A DNA stretch of 64,000 nucleotides, taken from NCBI GenBank assembly GCA_965644295.1, contig CBFFRP010000242.1:62001-126000 (forward strand), written 5' to 3'. Source of the stretch: Paraphysomonas bandaiensis. Lineage: Eukaryota; Protista; Chrysophyceae. Shown in pieces: positions 63,033 to 64,000 of this stretch. The notes below the pieces were generated by a model. That model was not told the DNA's origin and searched no databases. It saw only the letters and a program-made list of their open reading frames with translations. A program made the translations under genes and the position numbers. Each line of letters starts with the position of its first letter. Within the stretch, counting starts at the first letter, position 1.

Positions 63033-63266
63033 GTAGTTAATGTCTTATTAATAGCAATAGGTGTCTCAGTGTCAGAACTAATTTAGCATTGCAATTTAAC
63101 GAAGCAGTGCTTAACTCTAATATCCTACTATTTAGCGCTACGAAAGCTGCTTGTGCGTCACCGCAAGCACTAAGGTGCAACCACTACTGCTCTATTACTC
63201 AAAGCAACGCAATGAGAAAGCATAATGTTGATATACCTGACATCAGCTGACTTCAGGATTCTTGAG
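63033..63266 (-). repeat. Structured dispersed element, copy 8 (3' part, inverted, truncated by LTR)
   Basis: tagcaataggtgtctc...tcctactatttagcgctacgaaagctgcttgtgcgtcaccgcaagcac...cttcaggattcttgag matches copy 2. Confidence 0.9.
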
Positions 63267-64000
63267 TGTTGAGTTTTGCTGTTTAAGCAATTAAAAGCTG
63301 TAATTCTAAGATATTGGAATTATGACGGTTACTGGAGAATACAGTAGTGGTTAACTGTATTATGAGAAGTGATATCATGACGATGTAAGATCGTACTAGA
63401 AATGAGTGGTAGTAGAGATAACGTGATATATTGCTTATTATATTTATTATAATCTTCTCTCATCTTAACTTGATTCATGAGTGAATACACGTCCAGTTAA
63501 CTTAGTAAATCATCCAATTGTTTCATAACTTGACATGGTAGCGGATGGTAGTTGGAAGCAACTGCTGAAGTGTGACCATTGGAATGGAACTGGACAGAGA
63601 AGCAGGAGTACTGCTTTTTGTATAGTAGAAACATACAGTATATAGGATATAAAACCAGTATTATTTTTGAAAATCGGGGTTTTTCATACGAACATAAGAC
63701 AGAAAAAGTAGACTGGATTGATGATGTATGAACCCTCTGGAGAGACCCCGTATAATTATCAGAATGATGTCTACTATCGCGTGTGGATGTAGTGTGAGCA
63801 CGGTGATTCAGTTATGTGTCTGATTGTGTGGATTGGGGTGCAGTGCTATCGATGGAGGTGCGAGTGATCAGGAGTCGTCTCCATTGTGTTATATATGATG
63901 AGAGTAGTTCCTCATGAGATAGATGGAGTGCTATCGATGATGAGCTTGTCAAGAGTGACCCACTGGTTCGAGCTGTTGCAGAGTTCGGCCATCGTATAGT
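63267..64000 (+). mobile_element. 5' end of an LTR retrotransposon (LTR about 63267-63535, then PBS and leader; runs off the window)
   Basis: TGTTGAG...CTTGACA termini followed directly by an 18-nt PBS. The TG start coincides with the point where repeat copy 8 homology stops. Confidence 0.7.
63536..63553 (+). promoter_or_regulatory. Primer-binding site complementary to the tRNA-iMet 3' end
   Basis: TGGTAGCGGATGGTAGTT directly after ...CA; identical to 20775-20792, which continues into a CAT-anticodon tRNA sequence. Confidence 0.8.

Overview
Eukaryotic nuclear DNA, AT-rich, standard genetic code. Every intron I traced is GT-AG and most are about 45-70 nt. Gene content suggests a stramenopile (chrysophyte-like) protist; that assignment is inference. 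The ORF track fragments or misses most genes, so I spliced them by eye. About 17 protein genes are present: TCTP, a 4-coumarate-CoA-ligase-like synthetase, a triple cNMP-binding protein, V-ATPase Ac45/Voa1, CENP-C, a POT/PTR peptide transporter, an ankyrin protein, a DUF2062-like protein, a TBC-TLDc protein, a signal-peptide aldo-keto reductase fusion, a membrane-anchored CDPK, a large coiled-coil protein, UTP12/WDR3, an APH/EcKL kinase and several hypotheticals. Most sit in divergent pairs around purine/pyrimidine-alternating promoter DNA. Non-coding content: three tRNA-Val genes, a CCA-bearing tRNA-iMet fragment, two intact hAT MITEs with 8-bp TSDs, the 5' LTR and PBS of a retrotransposon, and decayed TE ORFs. 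The best candidate for something undescribed is an unclassified, hairpin-rich dispersed element of about 600 bp, present as eight partial copies in both orientations. I found no rRNA or CRISPR array.
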